This document shows, one piece after another, positions 10,195-20,085 of a DNA stretch of 64,000 bases. Under the pieces are notes generated by a model that saw only the letters and a list, made by a program, of their open reading frames with translations, was not told the DNA's origin and did no database searches. The first letter of the stretch is position 1; each line of letters begins with the position of its first letter. The position numbers and the translations under genes are program-made. The stretch is from Leidyana gryllorum EB-2025a (taxonomy: Eukaryota > Protista > Apicomplexa), in NCBI GenBank assembly GCA_048772705.1, contig JBLWGC010000033.1, positions 253,744-317,743 on the forward strand, in the 5' to 3' direction.

Positions 10195-12198
10195 ATGCGC
10201 TATCCACTGACGGCGAGGCTATGGGCCCAAATTCTCGACTTTGTACCATTGATTGAGAGTGCTCGATTGAGCTCCGTGTGCAAGACACTGGACGAATGTG
10301 TCAGACATATACTGGTTTCTACAGTCGTCCGATTGACCACAGCGGAATACGTTATACTGCGACGGACAGTGTGGTGGGACTCATGGATGGCACGAACCGC
10401 CCGTGTGGTGGAATCGATGGATTTGGTCGACAATGACGGCAACCACGACTTTCAACGTTTCTTCCTGCGTATGTGTGCAATGGGGATGCCTTCATTGAAA
10501 CGGTTGCGACTCGACTGGGCTTTCGGTGGAGCTCTCCTGGGAACAGAGGAGGAATGGAACTTCCCGTCGTTGACGTATCTGAATATCTTTGAGTGCTCGT
10601 TCCGCCGGAATGTTGACCTGCGGTCGCTGAAGATCGTGGCTCCCAATCTGAGAACTATGGGGTTCGAGAAGCGTATGAGATCGATTCTCGATACCGCATT
10701 ACTCAAACGCTTCCAAACAGAGTTGTGTGAAACTCTCGAGCGCAGTCAGCCATCGTCAGAAGCGTTAACGGCCGTCATCGTGAGTGTCGACCTTCCGATG
10801 AAGTGTTTGACTTGCGTTACAAACTTGTTCAATGACGAATGGATACCGCTCGCGGAAGACATGGTGACTGACGACCGATGGGAGACCACCCGCACAATCT
10901 GTCCGGTGCTCAAAATTCCGAGCACTCATAATGGTCGACCCTCCGGAGATCTCCGAGACGCCTGCTTGAGTGAGTGGCCAGCTGATCCCAGGTGAGGAGA
11001 GATTACAGTGACTCTCTGTCTGCACGGCTCGCCGGTCACCTTTTGGCCGCCGCAGCATCTCGATCGACCCCCCATCATTGCCCTCAGAGAGTCGGAGGAA
11101 TTGGTCCGCTATGCCGAGAAATGGTGGTGCCATTTCTCGACAAAGTTACCACCGGACGTCCGTCAGATTCTGGCTGACGCCGCCGACTATGAAGGCGTTT
11201 GCCATGCGAGTAGGAATGAAGCGAAGGGGTGGGTGGGGTCGCAAAGGGAGCGGGACTGGGAAACTAGACGCCCTCCCCACTGGCTGGACGTTGCTCCGCT
11301 GTATCGTCCTTTGGTGGTGGACGGAAGTGATGGGGCGGCTGACTTTTGCGAATGGCTGCCCTGGATGCAATATTTGAGAAGCAAAGATCCGATCTGCGCA
11401 GCTCTTTCAGCGGGACGGCACCGTACTGAGGCCGATGTGGAACTGATTCGCGGAATGAAACGGTTGCAGATCGAGGGTTATTACCACGAGAGGTACGTAA
11501 AGAATCTTATGGTCAACGAGAAAGCGCCCTGGGACCCGGTCACATGTGAGGTGATACTTTGTGTGGACTCGTTGTGCCTCCCCGACACAGCACAAGATGT
11601 CGAGATGTGGTTAGGATGCATCAACCGGCTGCACATACGGTATATCGCCATCTACTCTCACATCAAAAGTGTGAAACCGCTCTGCTGGACCTATTTGTTG
11701 CTCCAAAGTCTGCACCGCTTAGAGTCGACAACTATCATTCTTAGCTCTCATGTGCTCCCTTACTACCCTTACCCGTGGAGTGAGGTGATGTACGAACTTT
11801 TCACCGGGAACTACACAGAGACCACCTTACACCGAGTCCTCTCGTTCATCGGAGTTCCTCGCAAGACGAAAGATCTCTGTGTGTCCACCACAACCAGTCT
11901 TGAGGAACACAAGAAATTGTGGCCTCAGATCGAGAAGTTCGTCTCCCAAGAAGATATGAAGCCCATTTCAATCGGTGTATTATCAGAGAGTCAGAGACGT
12001 CACTTCTCGAAAATATACCGACGAATAGAGAGAGACGCACCATTGTCTGCCCAACCGGCAGACCGGTTTGCCAACACTTACACTTTCTTGGGCCACATTA
12101 CTCCCCACAATCAGTGGTATTTAGATCGCCTGAGAAGTCGTGATTTCGCAACGCTAAACGCCTGGAACGTCCCCGTCAAACTCCCGTTGTTTGGTTAA
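10195..12198 (+). CDS. F-box-like/LRR-like family protein, paralogue 3 (2 exons, intron 10970-11008)
   Basis: A 39-nt GTGAGT...ACAG intron joins ORFs 10171..10995 and 11008..12198 in frame. LTARLWAQILDFV...ARLSSVCKTL is the clearest F-box-like motif of the three. Also MPSLKRLRL, FPSLTYLN, WTYLLLQSL, ELFTGNYTETT. Confidence 0.75.
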
Positions 12199-12297
12199 AT
12201 GCGACACCAATTGAGTTCAAAATGCATTTAAGGTGGGGAGTCAGTCTACCATTGATGCGGATTTCGATGCCAATGAATCATATACGGAATGAATGGT

Positions 12298-14232
12298 CTA
12301 TTTGCGAGTCTCCGAGACCAATTTGTGTAATTTGGCAATGTTCGGGAACTTCTCGTTCCAGTTCTCAGAAATCCATCCAGAAGCTCCGATCACAAAGTCC
12401 GTCTCGTAGGCAATGTAAAAGTCGATCCACGACAGCTCGCCACCCACAGCGTAGCCCTCCTCTGATTGAGACAGTCCCAGAAGCTTCTCGACAATCTCAA
12501 GTTGCTTCTCAAAGTCGGGCTTGTTGGTCTCTCTGAGCGCATCGCGCTCGGGTCCCTCGGGAGCGGCATACGGCCGCGTCCTCACGTCCACCACGTTGTT
12601 GTACACAGAGTAGAGAGCCATGGCTTGGGAGCGGCCCTTCCAGGTGCGCGGGACGAGGTGTGCCCTTTCGGCGGCATACAGTACGCAGCCCAGAGTCTCG
12701 TAGATTCTGTCAGAGCCAACGTCCAGATAAGGACACTTGCCGGTGAGGGCCTCAGCTTTGAGAGTGTCTCTCCACTGATCCCACCCGAAGCGGAAGTCCT
12801 CAAAGTCAATGTTGCCGTATTTGAAGATCTGACGGATCGACTCGGCCCTTCCCGGGATGTCTCCGTAGACCAATTTGGGTGTGACCACCGGGAATCTCAA
12901 GAGATAGTCGGCAATGACCGGATGACTGACAACCAGTTGAGTGACCTTCGCGCAGTTGGGATAGTTTGTCCAGAGACCCTCAACGTGGATGCCGAGCAGT
13001 CGGGTATGAATCAGATTCATAATGTTGGCCACCAACAAGTCGGCGAAGCTGAGTTTGTCACCGACAATGTAGCCTTGTTTGGATTGTTTGAGGCCGACAA
13101 TGGCTTCCAGTCGGTTCAGAAGTGCGGGGAGAGTCTCTTCATTGACAATTTTGAGGTTCTTCGCCTTCTGCTCCTCATCAGTTTCTGTGTAAATAGTCTT
13201 CAAGATGGGCGAGATCGGAATGATGGTCATGCCAACAGAGTAAGCGTGAGCATAATGGCTGTCTTTCCAGGGCACCAGACCACTCTTGCTGGCGGCGTGA
13301 ATCACAGTCGCCACCGACTCTGTGAGAAACTCTCCTTCGGCAACCTCCAAGGCAGGCATAGTGCCAGCGGGGATCTTGGCTTTGAGTTCGGGCCAGTTCT
13401 CATCAGTGACAAAGACATTCTCATACTCGACTCCTCCAATCTCGAACGCCCAGCGGGTGGGGGCTGCCAAGCCATCAAAGTTGCGGTAGTAAAGACGAGG
13501 TTTCCATGGAGCCTTGGCACTCGTGTACTTTTTGACCGCCGGATGATTCTCGACGGCATCGTGAACACTCTGGATCTTGGGGTACTTGGCCGCGAACCCC
13601 TCCATGGCTTCAGGCACATAACTCTTCCAGTTGCGAACACTGGTGTACACAATAATGTCGGCGTAGCTCAACGAGTCAGCGAACAGCCATCCGTTCGGCG
13701 ACGGATTGATAGTCGCTTCAATCCGATCACAGATCGTCGGCATCGTTGCTGCGAGACGCCCGAGAATGGCCGCACGACGCTCCTGGAACGGCAGCTGGGT
13801 GCTCACGGCGTCTCCTTGACCCGTCAACTCCGCCAACATGCTCTGGATGCTGCGAGCGCGATCACGGTCAACCGGCAACTCCGGTGCGAGACCCGCACGA
13901 CGAGCCGCGAATGCCAGAATGGCACTCGACTGGACAATTGTCTCGCCATTCACTTCGAGGATGGGAAGTTGGCCGTGGGGAGTATACTTTTTGTACTTTG
14001 CCTCAAACTCCTCGTGGTTCTTGATACGACGGTCCACAAACTTGACGCCTCCCAAATGGAAAGTCAGACGCACTTGCTCTGCCAATCCCTCGCCGTCAAA
14101 GTAGGTCAACACCGGAATGCCGCCATAAGAAGCTCCGTCCATCGGGCCTCCACACATCCGATGTCCCGGGCTCTTCTCGCCGTTCGAGCCGTGACGGCGC
14201 GGTCCACGAGATTGACTTCGACTCTGAGCCAT
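12298..14232 (-). CDS. Triple-domain glutathione S-transferase A (3 fused sigma-like GST units)
   Basis: Three GST N-domain starts at aa 40 (PVLTYFD..GLAEQVR), 245 (PRLYY..GLAAPTR) and 452 (PKLVY..GRAESIR). Each has a cis-Pro loop (QLP/TMP/KCP) and a C-domain N-cap motif (LSYADI/LSFADL/LSWIDF). Confidence 0.92.
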   Translation of the reverse strand: MAQSRSQSRGPRRHGSNGEKSPGHRMCGGPMDGASYGGIPVLTYFDGEGLAEQVRLTFHLGGVKFVDRRIKNHEEFEAKYKKYTPHGQLPILEVNGETIVQSSAILAFAARRAGLAPELPVDRDRARSIQSMLAELTGQGDAVSTQLPFQERRAAILGRLAATMPTICDRIEATINPSPNGWLFADSLSYADIIVYTSVRNWKSYVPEAMEGFAAKYPKIQSVHDAVENHPAVKKYTSAKAPWKPRLYYRNFDGLAAPTRWAFEIGGVEYENVFVTDENWPELKAKIPAGTMPALEVAEGEFLTESVATVIHAASKSGLVPWKDSHYAHAYSVGMTIIPISPILKTIYTETDEEQKAKNLKIVNEETLPALLNRLEAIVGLKQSKQGYIVGDKLSFADLLVANIMNLIHTRLLGIHVEGLWTNYPNCAKVTQLVVSHPVIADYLLRFPVVTPKLVYGDIPGRAESIRQIFKYGNIDFEDFRFGWDQWRDTLKAEALTGKCPYLDVGSDRIYETLGCVLYAAERAHLVPRTWKGRSQAMALYSVYNNVVDVRTRPYAAPEGPERDALRETNKPDFEKQLEIVEKLLGLSQSEEGYAVGGELSWIDFYIAYETDFVIGASGWISENWNEKFPNIAKLHKLVSETRK

Positions 14233-14308
14233 TGTAATTGAGAGCTGAGGAATGAATCCAATACAATTTTTCTCTTAACAGAGATGAGGACTGATACAGT
14301 GTGTTGCT

Positions 14309-14364
14309 TGGGACACGCCATCGTGTCGTTGGGACACTGGAACATCTCATTTTCAAATGGGACA
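14309..14364. promoter_or_regulatory. Three TGGGACA elements upstream of GST A
   Basis: TGGGACA at 14309, 14330 and 14358, 77-132 bp upstream of the ATG. The same motif lies upstream of GST B, C, D and F. Confidence 0.55.
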
Positions 14365-14502
14365 TTCAATTGGAAGTGTCTGTGCCCTCAACGAGCATTG
14401 ATGGATCGATTGATTGATTGATAGAGTCTTTCAAAGTTTGACATGTGATCTGTTGTGCTTTTCACTGTACTGTATTACACAAAAAGGGACATTGAGAGTG
14501 GT

Positions 14503-16440
14503 CTATTTGCGGAGTTCCAAGACCAATTTGTGGAGCTTCGCAACGTTGGGGTACTTCTCGGTCCAGTTGTCCGGGAGCCAACCAGAGACTCCAGAGACAA
14601 AGTCGGTCTCGTAGGCAATGTAAAAGTCGATCCACGACAGCTCTCCGCCAACTGCATAGCCTTCGAGTGATTGAGACACAGCCAACACCTTCTCGACAAT
14701 GGCGAACTGTGTCTCAAAGTCGGGCTTGTTGGCCTCTCGGAGAGCATCACGCTCGGGTCCGGCGGGAGCCGCATAAGAACGGCTTCTGACATCCACTGTG
14801 TTGTTGTAGACAGAGTAGAGCGCCATGGCCTGAGAACGAGCCTTCCAGGTGCGCGGGACGAGGTGGGCTCTTTCGGCGGCATACATGACGCAGGCAACAG
14901 TCTCATAAATTCTGTCGGTACCAATGTCGAGGTAGGGGCACTTGCCGGTGAGAGCATTGGCCTTGTAGGTCTCGTTCCAGTCTTGGAAGGAGATACGAGT
15001 GTCTTCGAACTCGATGTTGCCGTATTTGAAGATCTGGCGAATGGCCTCTGCGCGAGCGCTGACGTCAAAGTAAGTCAGCTTGGGGGTGACCACAGGAGAC
15101 CGGAGGAGATAATCGCTCACAATTGGATGACTGATGACGAGATCGTAGACTTTCCGGCAGTTCGGGTAGGCGGTCCACAGATCCTTGACGACAATGTTCA
15201 GGTTGCGGGAAGCGACCATGTTCCAGACGTTCGCCACCAACAGGTCAGCAAAACTGAGTCTGTCTCCCACCACGTATCCCTGCTTAGACTGCTTGAGACC
15301 GACAATGGCTTCAAGTCGCCCGAGCAAGCTGGGCAGAGTCTCCTCATTGACGATCTTGAGGTTCTGAGCCTTCTCCTCCTCAGATGCCGCACCATAAATG
15401 CTCTTCCAGATGGGCGATAAGGGAACAATGGTGAGACCCACAGAGTACGCGTGGGCAAAGTGAGCCTCTCTCCAGGGGATGAGACCGGCGCGGCGGCACA
15501 CGTGGACGAGAATGGCCAGAGACTCGGTCAGGAACTCTCCCTCGGCAATCTCCAAAGCCGGCACGGTGCCAGCAGGAATCTTAGCCTTCACTGAAGGCCA
15601 CTCTTCGGAGGTGATTCTCTTGTCCTCGTACTCAATTCCGCCAATTTCGAAAGCCCAACGGATCGGAGCGGCCAAACCGTCCACGTTGTAGTAGTAGAGC
15701 TTCGGCTTGAAGGGGGTCTGATCCTCCCGGTACTTCCGGACGGCCGGATGCTCTTCGACCGCCTGATAGACCGAAGCCATTCGAGGGTACGTCTCGGTCC
15801 AATTCTCCAATTGTTCTGCCCCAAAGAACTTCATGAGCCGTACGGTGCAGTGGAGGGCAATGTCGGCGTAAGAGATAGTGTCGGCGAAGAGCCAGCCATT
15901 CTGGGAAGGCTTGATGGTAGCCTCAATACGAGCAGCGATAGTGGGCCACGTGGTCTCCATACGCTTCTTCATGCTCGCCACACGCTCCTCGGCCGAGAGG
16001 CTCGGGCTCGTCGCGTCGCTGATGCTCATCAGCTCCACCAGCATACTCTGGACAGAGCGAGCCTGGTCGCGATCGAGAGAGCTTTCTGGCACGAGACCAG
16101 CTCTCCGGGCCGCGTAGGCCATAATCGCCGCAGACTGTACAATGATCTCGCCATCCACCTCCAAAATGGGCAGTTGGCCGTGAGGAGTATAGGCCTTGAA
16201 CTTCTTGGCAAACTCTTCCTTGTCCTTCACCCGACGATCGACGAATTTGACTCCTCCCACCGCAAAGGTCAGACGAACTTGCTCCGCCAAGCCCTCCAAG
16301 TCAAAGTAAGTGAGAACAGGTGTGCTGCCTGGACCAGCATGACACGGACGCCCACCTCCACAGCCCATCGGCTTTCCGTGGTGAGGACCCTTTCCGCTCA
16401 GGGGTCCACGGCTTTGGCCTCGGTGCTTGTTTTGCATCAT
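14503..16440 (-). CDS. Triple-domain glutathione S-transferase B
   Basis: Same three-unit architecture as A. Start placed at MMQNKHRGQSRGP (16440) because it matches the A N-terminus (QSRGP) and the longer TTG-started extension contains the upstream motifs. Confidence 0.92.
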   Translation of the reverse strand: MMQNKHRGQSRGPLSGKGPHHGKPMGCGGGRPCHAGPGSTPVLTYFDLEGLAEQVRLTFAVGGVKFVDRRVKDKEEFAKKFKAYTPHGQLPILEVDGEIIVQSAAIMAYAARRAGLVPESSLDRDQARSVQSMLVELMSISDATSPSLSAEERVASMKKRMETTWPTIAARIEATIKPSQNGWLFADTISYADIALHCTVRLMKFFGAEQLENWTETYPRMASVYQAVEEHPAVRKYREDQTPFKPKLYYYNVDGLAAPIRWAFEIGGIEYEDKRITSEEWPSVKAKIPAGTVPALEIAEGEFLTESLAILVHVCRRAGLIPWREAHFAHAYSVGLTIVPLSPIWKSIYGAASEEEKAQNLKIVNEETLPSLLGRLEAIVGLKQSKQGYVVGDRLSFADLLVANVWNMVASRNLNIVVKDLWTAYPNCRKVYDLVISHPIVSDYLLRSPVVTPKLTYFDVSARAEAIRQIFKYGNIEFEDTRISFQDWNETYKANALTGKCPYLDIGTDRIYETVACVMYAAERAHLVPRTWKARSQAMALYSVYNNTVDVRSRSYAAPAGPERDALREANKPDFETQFAIVEKVLAVSQSLEGYAVGGELSWIDFYIAYETDFVSGVSGWLPDNWTEKYPNVAKLHKLVLELRK

Positions 16441-16527
16441 GATCCGGGAAGTGCTGGAAGTAGAAGTGTTGCGATGTGTAGGAGAGATGTCCTGAGTTTT
16501 TGGCAACCTGAAATAAAAGACTGCACT

Positions 16528-16700
16528 TGGGACATCGCTCAGCACTTTGGGACACCCATTGCCTTTTTGGTCCGCAGCTCTTATGCAAATCCTGGCTGCT
16601 GCTGCTGCACTCATCAAGTGGGAACTGATGATAATTGAGTGCTCGGCCTGGAAGAGAGTGTCTTGAAAGGGAGGAGATTGAAGCTGTCGACTTTGGGACA
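16528..16700. promoter_or_regulatory. TGGGACA elements upstream of GST B
   Basis: TGGGACA at 16528 and 16548 (both within GCACTT(T)GGGACA) and at 16694. Confidence 0.55.
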
Positions 16701-16986
16701 GCGGGGATTCAGTGGGTCGGGAGTGGGGGGGGCGTTGGTCGCGGTCGAAGAGTCGACGGTACCCCGATCCTGACCTCCTATTCTGATCACATCTCTTTGG
16801 TTCTTTCTCTGTCAGTGAGCGTACAGATTGTTGGTTCGAAGGTTAGAGGGTGTCAAGTCATCATCGGGGTGCAAAGGATCTATAATGAGTTGATGAGGGT
16901 GCTGAGAATGTCTCTGTTCGATCTTATTATGGCTAATAACTAAACATCGTATATCAACTTGGTGTCGTTAGACCAAAAAATGTCTC

Positions 16987-18927
16987 TTATTCAGTTGCGT
17001 TGGCAGCCACGTCTTCTCCCTCTCCTCCGTCTTCGTCGTCTTCTTCATCTTCTTCGTCAACAGGTGAAATATCCAAGACCAACTTGTACAACTTGGCCAA
17101 CTTGGGGAAGCTGGTTTCCCAGCCTTCTTGGAGTATGTTATCAGCTCTGTGCCAATACAGTTCGAAGGCGAGGGCAAAGTCGATGTAAGAGAGGCGGTTG
17201 TCGACTGCATAACCCTCAGCTGACTGGGTTGCACCCAATAATTTCTCCAAGATGGCAGCCTTCTCGAGGTAGAGTGGTCTGGACTCCTCCAAGAGAGTGG
17301 GTTCGGCTGTGCTAATATCTTCTGCACTGTACAATTTGGTGGTAATTGGAACGATATCGCAGTTGAAGAAGGACAGGAGACTAGCAGCAGCGGCACGTCC
17401 CATAGGGGTTATCGGCATGAGATCAGCGAGTTCTGCAACGTACTGCAGACACCCAGCCACCTCGTAGATCCGCGTTCCATCGACTTCAATGTATGGGACA
17501 TGTCCAGTGAGAGACTGTTGCTTGAGCTCAGTCAACCAGGCGTCATTAGAGAATCGATCGTTCTCGAAGTCAATGCCAGCATACTTGAGGATATGCTCAA
17601 TTGCTTCCGCTCGAGAGACGAGATCGAAATAGGTGAGCTTAATTTTCCTTGGAGAGGGAGTACATCCGTGTAAAACCGGATGACTCATTACTGTCTTGAA
17701 AACCTTCTTACAATTGGGGTATCGTGCGGAGAATTGCGGGATACGCACACCATCAATTCCGAGAAATGCCATTTGAACAACATTGGCTACATAGAGATCG
17801 GCAAACGTCAATCTATCAGCAACTGTATAGCCCTGAATCGACTGATTCTGCCCCACTATGACTTCCAGCCGATCGAATAATGCCGGCCCTGTCACCTCTG
17901 TCGCTATCCTCAGAGCTTCTTGGCGCTCTTCCTCACTGCTGTCTCCGACGCTCCTGACTATGGTGAACCACGGTCGGGCTGTCAGTACAGCAGCGTAGGC
18001 GTGGGCAAAATCAAACTCTTTACTGGGCTTCAGACCAATCTTGCTGCCTATGCTGACGAGCATAGCACAAGAATCGGTCATCCAGTCCCCATTGCCCAGA
18101 TCGAGGGCCGGTAGAATACCTCCAGGCACGCCGAGTTCCAGAGCTTCCTCCTCACTTGACACGCGACTGTGCTCAAAGGGCCTCCCCGTCAGTGTCAGAG
18201 CCCAGCGCACGGCCTCCACCGTGTGATCTGGCTCCAACGAGTAAAGCTTGAAGATCGTCGGTCCCCCCATATACTGCTGGATCACCGGGTGTGCCTCAAC
18301 CGCCTCACACACAGCCAGCAGTTTCGGGTAGCCCTCCAGGTGGATCGTACACCACTCCGGTGCCATCCCTCTCAGAAAGCGGATCATACAACGGATGACA
18401 ATGTCGGTGTAGGATATCTTGTCGTCAAAGACAAAGCCACTGGCGCCAGGGTTGATCATACTCTCAACACGCTCTAACATTAACGGGGCACTACGTTTCA
18501 TTCCCTCCGACACAACACTGATCCGATCCTCCTTGGACAGCGACTTGGAGACCATCTCAGAGACACCCAGTAATTCAGTGAACACAGAGTGTATCGAGCG
18601 AGCATGATCCTTGTTGATCTGACTGTCCGGCATCAGTCCGGCCCGTATCGCAGCGTACTGTAATATCGCGCCAGATTGAGTCAACATTTCGCCGTTAATC
18701 TCCAGGATAGGGAGCTGACCAGTAGGACTATATGACTTCCACTTTGACTCAAATTCGAGGTCGTCCGCCACACGTCGATCGACAAAGGGCACATTCCCAA
18801 CTAGAAAAGTCAACCGAATGGGCTCGCCCAAACCTTCATTCGAGAAATAGGTCAGTACCGGTTTGCCATAGTGAACACTCGGTGCCATGGTGTCAAGTTC
18901 TCGAGTCTTTACTGCCTTGTCAAACAT
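16987..18927 (-). CDS. Triple-domain glutathione S-transferase C with acidic C-tail
   Basis: PVLTYFSNEGLGEPIR / KLYSLEPDHTVEAVRW / KLTYFDLVSRAEAIE. Tail DEEDEEDDEDGGEGED. Alternative ATG at 18888. Confidence 0.9.
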   Translation of the reverse strand: MFDKAVKTRELDTMAPSVHYGKPVLTYFSNEGLGEPIRLTFLVGNVPFVDRRVADDLEFESKWKSYSPTGQLPILEINGEMLTQSGAILQYAAIRAGLMPDSQINKDHARSIHSVFTELLGVSEMVSKSLSKEDRISVVSEGMKRSAPLMLERVESMINPGASGFVFDDKISYTDIVIRCMIRFLRGMAPEWCTIHLEGYPKLLAVCEAVEAHPVIQQYMGGPTIFKLYSLEPDHTVEAVRWALTLTGRPFEHSRVSSEEEALELGVPGGILPALDLGNGDWMTDSCAMLVSIGSKIGLKPSKEFDFAHAYAAVLTARPWFTIVRSVGDSSEEERQEALRIATEVTGPALFDRLEVIVGQNQSIQGYTVADRLTFADLYVANVVQMAFLGIDGVRIPQFSARYPNCKKVFKTVMSHPVLHGCTPSPRKIKLTYFDLVSRAEAIEHILKYAGIDFENDRFSNDAWLTELKQQSLTGHVPYIEVDGTRIYEVAGCLQYVAELADLMPITPMGRAAAASLLSFFNCDIVPITTKLYSAEDISTAEPTLLEESRPLYLEKAAILEKLLGATQSAEGYAVDNRLSYIDFALAFELYWHRADNILQEGWETSFPKLAKLYKLVLDISPVDEEDEEDDEDGGEGEDVAANATE

Positions 18928-18943
18928 CTAAACATCCCCCCTT

Positions 18944-18950
18944 TGGGACA
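18944..18950. promoter_or_regulatory. TGGGACA element upstream of GST C
   Basis: ctttgggaca 17 bp upstream of ATG 18927. Confidence 0.45.
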
Positions 18951-19640
18951 CTGTCTCACACACTTGCCAAGGCGAAGCCCTCAAGGTGACGACATGGCCA
19001 CCCGAGCACTCTAGACTACCCCTTTTTACCGAATGAGACCACAGAGAAGATAGATGAACCAATTACTAGTGGCTTTTCACTTTTAAGGGGGGAGGCGGGA
19101 GCCGATACAGTCAGCGTCCGACGAGGTCGCCGAACCACATGTCTCTGTGAACGGCCATGAAGCATCAAAGCGTCTCTCCATCGCTAGTGACTCGTGACCG
19201 ACCAATCTCTTCAGTGCCGAGGCGGCCTGCCTTGTTGCCCTGCCCCCCACCGGGAGCACTGAAGTGTGTCGCAGACGAGCCCATCTTCCCAACAGTCCCC
19301 GTTTTGGAAGCGGGAACTGATTGCGGACGTCAGGACACTCTACGCCGGGGAGAGGGGTATTGGTGGGCCAGAGGGTTGGTGGGCGAAGCTGCAAGTTCAA
19401 GGCCAGCCGGGTTTGGAACAGATTCGATGGGCAGTTCAGAGTCCCAGTGTAGCGCTCTCCCCGATATGACGATAGTTTGTTCTCTCAGCTGTGTTACAGA
19501 GAAGCGCTGCTCCGCCGTAAATGAGTATTGAGGATTCTCATTGGGCTCATTCGCAACTTATTAAACGTCTGCCAGACTGAACCTTTGTTCCCCCATCGCA
19601 TGAAAGACAACTACACTTCCAATTCTTCAAACTTAATCTG

Positions 19641-19904
19641 TCAATCTTCGTGGGCGCTGTGGCTGTCATCCGTTCCGAAGAAGAAGATATGCGCCCGATC
19701 AGCCCAGGTTGGGAAAAGTAAAAGGGCAACGTGGATCGGGAACAACACAAACCGCTTTATTAGCCACCAGGGTGCAGATTGTCTCTCACAAGGGAAGTCG
19801 ATGATCAATTCGATCATCTTTGTCATCATGAGTAACGCGAAGACAAGCGGTAGCGTATAATAATAGGGGTGGTCGACACTCAAACGCGGTCGATGGTGAG
19901 TCAT
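19641..19904 (-). CDS. Possible small membrane protein (87 aa)
   Basis: ATG-started ORF with two hydrophobic segments (YYYTLPLVFALLMM, FVLFPIHVALLLF) in an otherwise empty 1.1-kb gap. No recognisable family. Confidence 0.3.
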   Translation of the reverse strand: MTHHRPRLSVDHPYYYTLPLVFALLMMTKMIELIIDFPCERQSAPWWLIKRFVLFPIHVALLLFPTWADRAHIFFFGTDDSHSAHED

Positions 19905-20085
19905 CTGTGTGAACTTCTGAGAGTGATTTGAGTCTTTAGCCACGAGACCTCTCTCATTGTTTCTCCTTTCAAGAGTGACCCAACACTACGAACTGACACA
20001 AAGATCACTTGCCGCCTATTTAGTCATTCAGTGGTTTAGTCATCAGTCACATCAATAGTCAGTGTTATTGCGCTAAATTGAGATT

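Noticed and set aside
8862-11008. Frame breaks in F-box-like genes 2 and 3 as pseudogene lesions or programmed frameshifts
   Set aside because: Both are resolved by canonical 43- and 39-nt GT-AG introns of the size seen elsewhere in the window.
12466-14241. 591-aa + strand ORF and similar antisense ORFs over the GST genes (14671..15420, 15748..16638, 28856..29446)
   Set aside because: They are codon-register mirrors of the GST genes, mostly lack ATG starts and have no recognisable motifs. Biased codon usage explains them.
16441-16617. 59-aa N-terminal extension of GST B in the ORF track
   Set aside because: It starts at TTG, has no counterpart in gene A and contains the TGGGACA motifs found upstream of the other genes.
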